Assembly (NCBI RefSeq): GCF_000195855.1
Contig: NC_002677.1
Span: 1,020,001 to 1,052,000, forward strand
Direction: 5' to 3'
Origin: Mycobacterium leprae TN
GTDB lineage: Bacteria > Actinomycetota > Actinomycetes > Mycobacteriales > Mycobacteriaceae
Length of the DNA stretch: 32,000 bases
Under the pieces are notes generated by a model. It had not been told where the DNA came from. It worked only from the letters and a program-made list of their open reading frames with translations, and did no database searches. How positions within the stretch are numbered: position 1 is the first letter of the stretch; each line of letters opens with the position of its first letter. A program made the position numbers and the translations under genes. Positions 20,896 to 30,372 of this stretch are shown piece by piece.

Positions 20896-21315
20896 ATGCA
20901 TATCGAAGCGAGGCTATTCGAGTTTGTCGCTGTGTTCTTTGTCATCATGGCGGTGCTGTATGGAGTGCTGACTTCGATGTTCGCCACCGGTGGTGTGGAT
21001 TGGGTCGGCACTACAGCCCTAGCGCTGACCGGAGGTCTAGCGTTGATCGTTGCCACCTTCTTTCGTTTTGTGGCTCGTCGGTTGGATATTCGACCAGAAG
21101 ACTATGAAGGTGCTGAGATCAGTGATGGTGCAGGGGAATTGGGGTTCTTCAGCCCGCACAGTTGGTGGCCGGTTCTGGTCGCCTTGTCGGGCTCGGTGGC
21201 GGCAGTCGGTATAGCGCTGTGGCTGCCGTGGTTGATCGTTGCCGGAGTCGTGTTCGTTCTTGCCTCGGCAGCCGGACTGGTCTTCGAGTACTACGTCGGC
21301 CCGGAGAAGCACTGA
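20896..21315 (+). CDS. ctaF: Cytochrome c oxidase subunit IV (actinobacterial CtaF)
   Basis: 139-aa ORF with four hydrophobic helices. Conserved stretch [24 protein letters not shown]. Lies immediately downstream of ctaC. Confidence 0.9.
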   Translation: MHIEARLFEFVAVFFVIMAVLYGVLTSMFATGGVDWVGTTALALTGGLALIVATFFRFVARRLDIRPEDYEGAEISDGAGELGFFSPHSWWPVLVALSGSVAAVGIALWLPWLIVAGVVFVLASAAGLVFEYYVGPEKH

Positions 21316-21501
21316 TTGGTCGGTACCGGATAAGGTCATAATTAGGGAACCAGTTGATTAGTGGGTAGTTCGCCAAGCTTGTTTGCCTTTCTCAGTTCGG
21401 TAGGGTTGCCGAGGCAGAATGAGAATCTCTTGAGCGCGCGTGCAACGATGTAGCCGCGCGGACCCGCGCACAGGTGATGCAGTTGGACAGGGTAGGCAAA
21501 C

Positions 21502-22383
21502 ATGAGCGGGCCGAATCCCCCGGGACGGGAAAATGAGGAATCCGATTCCGGCAACGAGCTCAGCGGTGAATTGGATCCCCATAACGGCGTAGAGTCCGTT
21601 GACGAATTGGTACCCGTACCGGATAGCGATTTAGTAACAGCGAGTGACCATACCAGCGAGACCGAGGTATACTCACAGGCCTACTCGGCTCCTGAGGCCG
21701 AGCATTTCACTGCTGTCCCGTACGTGCCGGCGGATCTCAGGCTCTATGACTACGACGAGTCGTCGGTCTACGATGAGCCGGGTGCTGCTCCGCGCTGGCC
21801 GTGGGTGGTTGGCGTTGCTGCCATCTTGGCCGCGATCTCACTGGTGGTTTCGGTGTCGCTGCTGTTCACGCGTACCGACACCAGCAAACTTTCTACCCCA
21901 ACCACTGGACGGTCCACTCCGCCGGTGCAGGACGAAATCACCACCGTTAAGCCACCACCACCCAGCACGGAGACTTCGACAGCGACGGAGACGCAGACAG
22001 TGACGGTGACGCCTTTGCCACCACCGTCGGCGACGAGCACCGCAGTGCCACCGTCATCGGTGGTACCGCCCCCGCCGACGACGCCTACGACTACGGTCAC
22101 TACGTTGACTGGTCCTCGGCAGGTCACCTATTCGGTGACGGGCACCAAAGCGCCGGGTGACATCATTTCGGTGACCTACGTTGATGCCTCCGGTCGGCGA
22201 CGGACTCAGCACAACGTCTATATTCCGTGGTCAATGACCGTTACACCGATCTCGCAATCCGATGTCGGCTCGGTTGAGGCGTTTAGCCTCTTTCGGGTCA
22301 GCAAACTCAACTGCTTGATCACCACAAGTGACGGAACGGTGCTTTCGTCGAATAGCAACGACGCACCGCAAACGAGTTGCTGA
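21502..22383 (+). CDS. mmpS3: MmpS-family membrane protein with a long Pro/Thr-rich linker
   Basis: 293-aa ORF. Acidic N-terminus, one TM helix ([24 protein letters not shown]), a P/T/S-rich linker, and a C-terminal MmpS domain ([42 protein letters not shown]...C). Confidence 0.87.
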   Translation: MSGPNPPGRENEESDSGNELSGELDPHNGVESVDELVPVPDSDLVTASDHTSETEVYSQAYSAPEAEHFTAVPYVPADLRLYDYDESSVYDEPGAAPRWPWVVGVAAILAAISLVVSVSLLFTRTDTSKLSTPTTGRSTPPVQDEITTVKPPPPSTETSTATETQTVTVTPLPPPSATSTAVPPSSVVPPPPTTPTTTVTTLTGPRQVTYSVTGTKAPGDIISVTYVDASGRRRTQHNVYIPWSMTVTPISQSDVGSVEAFSLFRVSKLNCLITTSDGTVLSSNSNDAPQTSC

Positions 22384-23021
22384 TGATGAACAGGTATTCA
22401 CCGTATCGACGTGGGTCGGACACCATTGCATCGGACGTCATCGATCGCATTCTGGTCGGGGTATGTGCGGCAGTCTGGCTGGTGCTGATAGGGGTGAGCG
22501 TAGCTGCGGCCGTCGCATTGGAGGATCTGGGTCGCGGCTTTCACAAGATAGCGAGTGACCCGCACACCACCTGGGTGTTGTACGGCATCATTGTCGTTTC
22601 CGTGTTGATCATCGCAGGGGCGGTGCCGGTATTGTTGTGGGCTCGCCGCGTGGCCCGGGTTGAGCCGCCGATTCGACCGGCGGGTGTGCCGGAGCGCGGG
22701 GGAGTCAGGCAACTGGTCAGCGCCGGGCGTTCCACAGCGCGTATCGAGGTCGAGCGGGTATGTGCCGAGGAGAGGGTTCAGTCGGTCGCGCAACCTGGCG
22801 AGTGGTTTGACGCGGCGGTGGACCGGATCTGGTTGCGTGGCACGGTTGGATTGACTGGCACGATGGGGGCCGCACTGGTCGCGGTTGCGGCGTCGACCTA
22901 TCTGATGGCTGTTGGTCGCGACGGCGCGTCGTGGGTTGGTTACGTCCTAGCCGGGATCGTCACGGCGGTGATGCCAGTTATCGAATGGATCTATGTTCGG
23001 CAGTTACGTCGTGTGGGTTGA
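22383..23021 (+). CDS. Conserved integral membrane protein (Rv2197c-like), function unknown
   Basis: Track ORF starts at TTG 22377. ATG 22383 ([11 protein letters not shown]...) overlaps the mmpS3 TGA as TGATG and is preferred. About four predicted TM helices. Confidence 0.75.
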   Translation: MMNRYSPYRRGSDTIASDVIDRILVGVCAAVWLVLIGVSVAAAVALEDLGRGFHKIASDPHTTWVLYGIIVVSVLIIAGAVPVLLWARRVARVEPPIRPAGVPERGGVRQLVSAGRSTARIEVERVCAEERVQSVAQPGEWFDAAVDRIWLRGTVGLTGTMGAALVAVAASTYLMAVGRDGASWVGYVLAGIVTAVMPVIEWIYVRQLRRVG

Positions 23022-23154
23022 TGTGGATGAGATGAGTGGCCCGCTCGGATAGGTTCGCCTCACTGACCTGTGCCTGACTTCCTTGCTAGCTAGTCCCTTC
23101 GCCGCTGCGCGGCTGGGGGTTTTCGCACTACGCTGCGTGTGTCGTCGCCGAACT

Positions 23155-24810
23155 TTAATGCTTGCCGCGCTCCCCATTCGGGGAACTGGCGATGCTGTCT
23201 TGGTGTTCGCGCAACGCGGTAAGTGCACGTTGCTCGGCGACGTGCGTTGCTTCGCGCAGTGCCGCATCCTCGGATACCGGATCTGCGAACAAGAAGCTGC
23301 CGCTACTGGGTGAGCCGGCCGAGCCCAGTTTGTTCATCCGCTTGGGAACAGCAGTGCCCTGGTACTCGAGCGGTATTGGGTGGCCGTGATCGTCTACCGG
23401 GCCGAGCGGCTGGTGCAGCTCGATGTACGCCCCATGCGGTAGCCGCTTGATGATGCCGGTTTCGATGCCATGTTCGAGCACCGCCCGGTCGCTGCGTTGC
23501 AGCCCGATACACCACCGATAGGTGATGAAGTAGACGAGCAGTGGAAGTATCACCATGCCAATGCGACCGATCCACGTCGTTGCGTTGAGCGAGATGTGGA
23601 ACTTCAACGCGATGATGTCGTTCATCGCCGCGAGCGTGAGTACCATGTAGAAGGTGATCGCCATGGCCCCGATCGAGGTGCGCACCGGAACGTCACGCGG
23701 CCGTTGCAGCAAATTGTGGTGGGCGTAGTCGCCGGTAAACCGCTTCTCCAGGAACGGGTAGGTGATTAGCAGGACGAAAACTAGGGCCATGATCACCGCG
23801 ACCCAAACTGGTGCGGGTATGGTGTGGTGCCAGAAATAGAACTCCCAGGCTGGCCAGATACGGGCCAGGCCCTCGGTCCACATCATGTAGAAGTCTGGCT
23901 GCGAGCCAGCTGACACCTGAGATGGTTTGTAAGGGCCTAGGTTCCAGATCGGGTTGATCTGCAGAAAGCCGCCCATCAGACCCAGCACGCCAACAATGGC
24001 TGCGAAGAACGCGCCCGACTTGAACGCAAACACCGGCATTACTCGCACACCGACGACGTTGTACTCGGTGCGGCCCGGTCCGGGGAACTGGGTGTGCTTC
24101 TGGAACCACACCAGCGCTAGATGCAGCCCTATAAGCGCGAGGATGACCCCTGGGATCAGCAGGATGTGCAGTGCGTAGAGCCGAGGAATCAAGATGGTTC
24201 CGGGGAAATCGCCCCCGAACAGAGCCCAGTGAAGCCAGGTCCCGATCACTGGTATACCTAGCGTGATCGACGACAGCGCGGCCCGCAGGCCGATGCCCGA
24301 CAGCAGGTCGTCGGGCATCGAGTAGCCGAAGTAGCCTTCAAACATGGCCAGGATCAGCAGTAGTGAACCGATAACCCAGTTGGTCTCGCGCGGCCGCCGG
24401 AACGCTCCGGTGAAGAAGATACGTGCCAGGTGTACCATTATTGCCGCGGTGAACATCAATGCGGCCCAGTGGTGGATTTGACGGACGAACAGGCCGCCTC
24501 GGACTTCGAAGGAAATGTCTAGCGTCGATTGGTACGCGCGCGACATCTCGACCCCGCGCAATGGTTGGTAGACGCCGTTGTAGGTGACATCAGTCATGGA
24601 CGGATCGAAGAACAGCGTGAGGTACACACCGGTGAGCAGCAGCACGATGAAGCTGTACAGCGCGATCTCGCCGAGCAAGAACGACCAGTGCGTCGGGAAG
24701 ACCTTGTTGAGCTGCCGGCGCAGCGCTGCCGACGGGTGATATCGTGTGTCGATGTCTTCAGCTTGGCGGGCCAGGACATCACCGATATCCGGAACGGATT
24801 TTGGACTCAT
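23155..24810 (-). CDS. qcrB: Cytochrome bc1 (bcc) complex cytochrome b subunit
   Basis: 551-aa ORF. Cytochrome b blocks [13 protein letters not shown] and [12 protein letters not shown] (haem-ligand histidines). The Qo-site region is [10 protein letters not shown]. The ATG overlaps the qcrA stop as ATGA (24810-24807). Confidence 0.96.
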   Translation of the reverse strand: MSPKSVPDIGDVLARQAEDIDTRYHPSAALRRQLNKVFPTHWSFLLGEIALYSFIVLLLTGVYLTLFFDPSMTDVTYNGVYQPLRGVEMSRAYQSTLDISFEVRGGLFVRQIHHWAALMFTAAIMVHLARIFFTGAFRRPRETNWVIGSLLLILAMFEGYFGYSMPDDLLSGIGLRAALSSITLGIPVIGTWLHWALFGGDFPGTILIPRLYALHILLIPGVILALIGLHLALVWFQKHTQFPGPGRTEYNVVGVRVMPVFAFKSGAFFAAIVGVLGLMGGFLQINPIWNLGPYKPSQVSAGSQPDFYMMWTEGLARIWPAWEFYFWHHTIPAPVWVAVIMALVFVLLITYPFLEKRFTGDYAHHNLLQRPRDVPVRTSIGAMAITFYMVLTLAAMNDIIALKFHISLNATTWIGRIGMVILPLLVYFITYRWCIGLQRSDRAVLEHGIETGIIKRLPHGAYIELHQPLGPVDDHGHPIPLEYQGTAVPKRMNKLGSAGSPSSGSFLFADPVSEDAALREATHVAEQRALTALREHQDSIASSPNGERGKH

Positions 24811-25991
24811 GTTGTGCGCTCCCAGAATGCTGGCCCGACCGGCTCGACAAAGTCACCGTTGGCAACCAGATACCCGTCGGTGTCGATGGTGATGGGTAGT
24901 TGTGCCAGCGCGCGCGCGGCCGGACCGAATATCGGCTTGGCATACTGCAGCGCGTCGAACTGAGATTGGTGACAAGGGCACAGGATTCGGTAGGACTGCT
25001 GTTCGTATAGTGAGGATGGGCAACCCAAATGCGAGCAGACCTTGGTGAAGGCGAAGAACTCGCCGAAGTTGAAGTTCTCCTGGCCTCGGCGTTTGACCAC
25101 ACGAGGCATATCACTGGGCCGGATACGGATGAGCATTACCGGGTTGCGGATACCCATCTTGATCGTTATCAGTTTTTCGTGTGATTCCATGGTGGTGCCG
25201 TCGCCGTCGGACTCGCGCCACGGAAAGACGGTCTCCATCCCGCCTGCGTCGACGTCTTCCGGACGCATCCGGATAAACGGTGCTCCCGAGTGCGAGCCGG
25301 TAGCTCTCGCTAGATAGATTGTCTCCCCATGGTATCGTGGGGTCCAGCCGGAAGTCCAAAGCATGGCCTTCATCCCATTCGCGGTGGGTACGACTGGCTT
25401 CCATGGGTTTTTGATGAAACCGCCAATAAACGTCACCAACGTGCTGAGGCCAAAAGCGCCCAAGCCCACGCCCAACGACAGCCCGATTAGCTTGCGGCGC
25501 CTGATCGTTGAGCTCTCAAGAGCGTCGGTTAGGTTCGCTACGACTGTCTTGCGGTCGATCTCGGGCGATGCACCGTCATGGCGTTCCTGGATCGAAATCT
25601 CTTCCGGGATGAATCTCTTCTGAAACTGCACCGCGCCAATAGCGATCGCCAGGATGGAAAGCCCGAAGGTCAGACCATACAGCGGGGTGGCAATGGTGTA
25701 GAGGAAACTGCCTGAGGCCTCTTTGGGTTTGTACTCCCACGGCCAAAACAGGAAGATCAGTAGTAACGTCAGACCCAATACGCCACCCAGCAATAGCCAG
25801 AAGGTTACCATTCGTTCGGTGCGCTTTTCCGCCTTGGTGCCCTCGATCGGCCAACGCTGCTCCTTGTAGACGGTGTTAACACCATCGAGCCGACCGCCCA
25901 GGGCTACCAGTTCCTCGCGTGACATCGTCCCCTGCGTTGTCTCGTCGAGCTCCCGGGAAGCGCCGGCGCCGTCTTTCGGGTTAAGGCTCAT
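24807..25991 (-). CDS. qcrA: Cytochrome bc1 (bcc) complex Rieske iron-sulfur subunit
   Basis: Track ORF 24807..26009 (GTG). Rieske motifs CSHLGC and CPCHQS. Three N-terminal TM helices. ATG 25991-25989 (MSLNPKDG...) overlaps the qcrC stop as ATGA and is preferred; GTG 26009 is the alternative. Confidence 0.92.
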   Translation of the reverse strand: MSLNPKDGAGASRELDETTQGTMSREELVALGGRLDGVNTVYKEQRWPIEGTKAEKRTERMVTFWLLLGGVLGLTLLLIFLFWPWEYKPKEASGSFLYTIATPLYGLTFGLSILAIAIGAVQFQKRFIPEEISIQERHDGASPEIDRKTVVANLTDALESSTIRRRKLIGLSLGVGLGAFGLSTLVTFIGGFIKNPWKPVVPTANGMKAMLWTSGWTPRYHGETIYLARATGSHSGAPFIRMRPEDVDAGGMETVFPWRESDGDGTTMESHEKLITIKMGIRNPVMLIRIRPSDMPRVVKRRGQENFNFGEFFAFTKVCSHLGCPSSLYEQQSYRILCPCHQSQFDALQYAKPIFGPAARALAQLPITIDTDGYLVANGDFVEPVGPAFWERTT

Positions 25992-26857
25992 GCTCGTGCC
26001 CCAATCCACAGTGCCAGCCCGATGGCGGTGACCATCCCGATGATCCAGATCGCCATCCCCTCCGGTGCAGGGCCGAAGCCACCGAGACTGTAGCCACCTG
26101 GCTGGCGTTCTTCGATGACGGTTCGCACGTAGCCGATGATGTCCTTCTTCGCTTCGAAGGAAAGTTGGCGGTCGGCGAACTTGGGCATGTTCTGCGGGCC
26201 GGTCAGCATCGCGGTGAGGATTTGCTGTTCGTTGGCGGGCCCGAGGTCGGGGGCGTACTTACCGGACGACAGCGCACCACCTTTTCCGGTGAAATTGTGG
26301 CACGATGCGCAGTTTAGTCGGAACAAGTCGCCGCCGCGACCCAGGTCGGTACCGCGCAGTGATTGCATCGCAACGCTACCGTCGGGGTTACGCGCTACGG
26401 TCGGCCCACCGCCGTTGGCCTGGATGTAGGCACCGATCGCGTCGATTTGTGACTCGTTGAAAATGGGGTCTTTACGCGCCACCTGGGCCTCACCGCGCAT
26501 AGCAGGCATCCGACCAGTCGATACCTGGAAATAGACGGCAGCTTCGCCGACGCCAATCAGGCTCGGCCCGTGGTCGGGAACTCCTTGAAGGTTGGCGCCA
26601 TGGCACGACACGCAGGAGGTGTCGAACAGCTGCTTGCCGGTACGCAGCAGAGCTGATGAGTCCTCATCGGCGACGGCCACTTGCGGGGTCGGAGTCAGGA
26701 CCGCCGCTAGTCCCCCAGAAACGGTCAGCGCTACCAGTAGCAAAAGGCCCTCCGACAAGCGGCGGCGTAAACGCCGCCGCGAACGCTCACTCTCTTGTTC
26801 TCGTTCTTGTGGCTGACTGCACCGCCTACTGGATCGAGTGAAACCCAGTTTCTTCAA
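25988..26857 (-). CDS. qcrC: Cytochrome bc1 (bcc) complex di-haem cytochrome c subunit
   Basis: 289-aa ORF from TTG 26857, with AGGAG 7 nt upstream. Two CxxCH haem-c sites (CVSCHG, CASCHN). C-terminal TM anchor. Confidence 0.93.
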   Translation of the reverse strand: MKKLGFTRSSRRCSQPQEREQESERSRRRLRRRLSEGLLLLVALTVSGGLAAVLTPTPQVAVADEDSSALLRTGKQLFDTSCVSCHGANLQGVPDHGPSLIGVGEAAVYFQVSTGRMPAMRGEAQVARKDPIFNESQIDAIGAYIQANGGGPTVARNPDGSVAMQSLRGTDLGRGGDLFRLNCASCHNFTGKGGALSSGKYAPDLGPANEQQILTAMLTGPQNMPKFADRQLSFEAKKDIIGYVRTVIEERQPGGYSLGGFGPAPEGMAIWIIGMVTAIGLALWIGARA

Positions 26858-26918
26858 CCGATCACTCCTGTCGTTTCCTGTTTGGGCCTTGCTTGGGTTC
26901 CGTTTGGGGCTTGCCGGC

Positions 26919-27527
26919 TCATCGGATGAAATAGATCACGGTGAACAAAGCGATCCACACGATGTCAACGAAATGCCAGTAGTAGGAGACGACGATGCTG
27001 GCGGTTGCCTGAGCCGGTGTGAACTTGCTCATCGTGGTGCGGGCCAGCAGGAAAATGAAGGCGATCAGGCCACCAGTGACGTGCAGCCCGTGGAAGCCGG
27101 TGGCCAGATAGAACACGCTGCCGTACGCGCTACTGGGGATGGTGGTGCCATGAGTTATCAAGTGGTAGTATTCGTAGCCTTGGCCGAGAACGAAAAACAG
27201 GCCCATTAATAAGGTGATCACATACCAGCGGCGTAACCCGAAGACGTCGCCGCGCTCAGCTGAGAAAACTCCCATTTGGCAGGTGAACGATGACGCGATG
27301 AGCACCAGCGTTACCGGGACGGCTTGGTAGAGATTTAGTTCGGTCGACGGCGGCCACTTTCCGCCGGCCTGAGCACGCGCAGTGAAGTACATCGCGAACA
27401 GTCCAGCAAAGAACATCAGCTCACTGGAAAGCCAGACTACGGTACCGACACTGACCATGTTGGGCCGATTCAGCGAATGCACCCGCGACGTAATTGCAGT
27501 ACCCAAGGTGCCTACAGTGCTCGTCAC
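26919..27527 (-). CDS. ctaE: Cytochrome c oxidase (aa3) subunit III
   Basis: 202-aa ORF from GTG 27527. Five TM helices. Conserved [15 protein letters not shown] and [10 protein letters not shown]. Confidence 0.95.
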   Translation of the reverse strand: MTSTVGTLGTAITSRVHSLNRPNMVSVGTVVWLSSELMFFAGLFAMYFTARAQAGGKWPPSTELNLYQAVPVTLVLIASSFTCQMGVFSAERGDVFGLRRWYVITLLMGLFFVLGQGYEYYHLITHGTTIPSSAYGSVFYLATGFHGLHVTGGLIAFIFLLARTTMSKFTPAQATASIVVSYYWHFVDIVWIALFTVIYFIR

Positions 27528-27663
27528 ATCTGCAAGTATGACGTTTTGTAGTTGTCGAGTTCTACCCGGGGCGGCAAATCAGTTGCCTGCGTAGCTTTTG
27601 CACCGTTGGCGGCGTGCTTTGGAGGTGTTTGGGGGCGAGTGGTTCGCATGGGACCATTGGCCG

Positions 27664-28764
27664 GTGGTTTTGTCATCGCAACCACCTTCTTCTCGCAGCG
27701 CCACCGGATCGGTGTTGTCGTGGCCGCAGGTCTTGGGGCGTTTGACAGCAGGGCAGGATCTCACGCGGGGCCAGGCTGCTTGGGCGATGGGCCAGGTCAT
27801 GACTGGGAACGCACGGCCAGCCCAGATCGCCGCGTTCGCGGTGGCGATGAAGATGAAGGTCCCCACCGCGGCCGAAGTCAGTGAGCTTGCTGACGTCATG
27901 CTCAGCCACGCGCGTAAGCTGCCGACAGAGGCGATCTGCCAAGATATCGGAGAAACCGTAGACATTGCCGGAACCGGGGGAGATGGTGCCAACACAGTCA
28001 ACCTGTCCACTATGGCTGCGATCGTGGTTGCGGCCGCAGGTGTACCGGTGGTCAAACATGGTAACCGGGCCTCGTCTTCACTGTCAGGCGGCGCTGACAC
28101 TCTGGAAGCATTGGGGGTCCGTATCGACCTTGGACCAGAGCAAGTCGCGAATAGCCTAGCCGAAATCGGGATCGGGTTCTGCTTCGCGCCGCTGTTCCAA
28201 CCGTCGTACCGGTACGCGTCCGCGGTGCGCCATGAGATCGGGGTGCCGACCGTGTTCAACATCCTCGGGCCGCTGACCAATCCGGCCTGGCCGCGGGCTG
28301 GATTGATCGGCTGTGCGTTTGGCAATCTTGCCGAGGTTATGGCGGGGGTGTTCGCTGCGCGACGCTCCAGTGTGCTGGTAGTGCATGGCGATGATGGACT
28401 CGACGAATTGACCACCACTACTACCAGTACGATCTGGCGTGTTCAGGCGGGCACAGTGGATAAGCTGACTTTTGATCCTGTCGAATTCGGGTTTGCGCGT
28501 GCTCACCTTGACGATCTGTTGGGAGGGGATGCGCAAACTAATGCGGCGAAGGTGCGTGCGGTACTGGCCGGGGCCAAGGGCCCAGTCCGCGACGCCGTTG
28601 TGCTCAACGCCGCCGGTGCGATCGTCGCCTACGCTGGGTTATCCAGCCACGCTGAATGGTCGCCCGCGTGGGACGATGGGTTGGCGCGCGCCAGCGCTGC
28701 CATCGATTCGGGTGCCGCCGAACAGCTCCTCGCGCGGTGGGTGAGGTTTAGTCAGCAGGTCTGA
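27664..28764 (+). CDS. trpD: Anthranilate phosphoribosyltransferase
   Basis: Track ORF from TTG 27598. TrpD motifs [18 protein letters not shown] and [11 protein letters not shown]. Start uncertain. GTG 27664 ([27 protein letters not shown]...) is preferred because the Trp/Arg-rich upstream 22 codons look non-coding; TTG 27598 is the longest option. Confidence 0.9.
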   Translation: MVLSSQPPSSRSATGSVLSWPQVLGRLTAGQDLTRGQAAWAMGQVMTGNARPAQIAAFAVAMKMKVPTAAEVSELADVMLSHARKLPTEAICQDIGETVDIAGTGGDGANTVNLSTMAAIVVAAAGVPVVKHGNRASSSLSGGADTLEALGVRIDLGPEQVANSLAEIGIGFCFAPLFQPSYRYASAVRHEIGVPTVFNILGPLTNPAWPRAGLIGCAFGNLAEVMAGVFAARRSSVLVVHGDDGLDELTTTTTSTIWRVQAGTVDKLTFDPVEFGFARAHLDDLLGGDAQTNAAKVRAVLAGAKGPVRDAVVLNAAGAIVAYAGLSSHAEWSPAWDDGLARASAAIDSGAAEQLLARWVRFSQQV

Positions 28765-28788
28765 ATCCCACTCCCGGGAATCGGCAGC

Positions 28789-28818
28789 GTGCTCGGCAGG
28801 CCAGCCTGTGCCGAGTAC
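28789..28818 (+). terminator. Possible factor-independent hairpin 25 bp downstream of trpD (no U-tract)
   Basis: GTGCTCGGCA (28789-28798), a 10-nt loop, then TGCCGAGTAC (28809-28818). This gives a 10-bp stem with one G-U pair. There is no T-run, so it may be a chance structure in the relic of the convergent pseudogene. Confidence 0.3.
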
Positions 28819-30045
28819 ACTGATGCCGCCCACGCTGCCCAGGTGCCCGCTGTCTGCAGGGGGCCCAGCCAGCTGAGGCCCGAACGATGCGCACACCGGC
28901 GTGGCCAGTCAGCGCACGATTAGCGCGGTCTCTTCGATCAGCGCGCCGTGCTACTGGGGGTCGGTGCCGGCAGGATCGTCTGGGTGTCGGAGTGGATGGC
29001 ATCGACCGCCGGCATCGGCAGCACCGCGCGTCTGGCGGTGTCCACTGCGGTGAGTTTGGCCGTGGCGGATGACGGCTAGGTGATAGCCACTTTAACCGTC
29101 GGTGCCGGCAGCCTAGCGGTGATCAGCTCGGACAATGTTACCAGGGTACTCAGGAGCTTGCCACGTCACAGGGCCTTGACAGCGGTTAGCCTGGGGTTAT
29201 CCGAGTTGGTCGATCACCGCGATCTTTGTTTGGCACGTATTGTGCGGCTGTGACGTCTCAGGAAGCGGGGCAGGCCGTTTTGTACAGCAAGAACTGCACG
29301 GCATACGTTCGCACTCCGGTAAACCTGCCCCCGCAGGGTCACTGTTGCGGCGGCGTTTGTACGGGACTAATAAAACGGGTCGTTGGCGCGGTGCACGCGC
29401 CAACGAAAGTCGGGGGCGGGGAACGTCTCGTCGGTCAGCGTCACCCAATACCTAATTGTTATCTATTGTTGCGGAGGTCGCGACTCACGGTTGTACGAAC
29501 GCGCATGTGCGGCTGGCACTCGCAGTTCACCCACGCCGGCTTCCAGCTCGTGCACACATTCGACATGGTCGACCGTGCTGGCCAAAGCGAATATACTCCT
29601 TCCTTCTCCTGTAGGTCCGCGCTGCTGAAGTACGACGGCGCAGGTCAACAGTGGTACCATTGTAGAGTACCTCGCCTAACGGTCCGGCGGAACAGGTAGA
29701 TGCGTTGGTCGATGCGGCAGGCTGTAAGCGAGATTCCGTTTTCGGCACTATGTTGGCGCAACATTGGGCAGATACGAGCATAGGCTCGGCCAAGGCGTGC
29801 ACGCCCTGGTTGCCTGCTCGTTCGATGCGTGCGTGCAATGCGTGTAACACGTCGACGGTGGTGCGCGCGGGCATCGTCGCGAGGGTTCTGTTGGGTGGAC
29901 TGTGCGGCTCTGGTGGGCAAACAGCCGTTGCCAACGTGGCCAGCTGAGATCGCACCGCTGCGCGGCGGCCTGCAGGAATCTGATATAGAACCAGGCGTTG
30001 TGGGCGACTAGCACCGAATCGCCGGGGAATTTCAAAAACATCGGT

Positions 30046-30091
30046 AGCATGACATCGATGGTGGGGCATCACACACTATCGATGTCATGCT
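30046..30091. repeat. Perfect 14-bp inverted repeat with an 18-nt spacer, inside the nuclease pseudogene
   Basis: AGCATGACATCGAT (30046-30059) and ATCGATGTCATGCT (30078-30091) are exact reverse complements. Confidence 0.9.
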
Positions 30092-30331
30092 GATGCCGGT
30101 GAGGTGCGCGATCTGGAGTCCGGGTGTTGAGCTATGGGTTGACCTAGAGTGGCGAGGTAACCCAGCCTAGTGCCGCCGCGGACTTTGATCGCGCCGATCT
30201 CGGTGATCGCAATCGGGGCAGTTCCCTCGGTACTGGTCGTACGTACGTCAGTGGTTTCGAGGATCCACCACTACAACAGTGGTCTCGAGCAACGGCAGCT
30301 TTTCTGGGCCCCGGCTGTTGCCAGTACGCCG

Positions 30332-30372
30332 GCCTGACTGGTGCGACTCAGGCTGAGTCGCACCAGTCAGGC
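30332..30372. repeat. Perfect 41-bp palindrome (20-bp arms, 1-nt centre)
   Basis: GCCTGACTGGTGCGACTCAG (30332-30351), g, then CTGAGTCGCACCAGTCAGGC (30353-30372). The arms are exact reverse complements. Confidence 0.92.

Larger units (their letters stand above)
28765..30340 (-). pseudogene. DnaQ-like 3'-5' exonuclease / GIY-YIG nuclease fusion pseudogene (Rv2191-like)
   Basis: Minus-strand homology is scattered over several frames. Exo I relic VVVVD-P-RNH-stop (30277-30248), where a 1-nt shift restores D-L-E-T-T followed by ...[13 protein letters not shown]. Exo [21 protein letters not shown] (about 30020-29960). Exo III region [15 protein letters not shown] region [18 protein letters not shown] and [15 protein letters not shown] (about 29680-29490). 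There are multiple stops and frameshifts. Both ends are approximate, and an open antisense frame continues to 28639 inside trpD. Confidence 0.75.

Noticed and set aside
21940-22120. Repetitive ACC/ACG/CCG-rich DNA in mmpS3, considered as a possible repeat element.
   Set aside because: It is the in-frame Pro/Thr/Ser-rich linker of the protein (low-complexity coding sequence) with no exact repeat unit.
23101-23123. Small hairpin GCCGC-tgc-GCGGC followed by TGGGGGTTTT, in the convergent gap between the Rv2197c-like gene and qcrB, considered as an intrinsic terminator.
   Set aside because: The stem is only 5 bp and the T-run only four residues, which is too weak to call without transcript 3'-end data.
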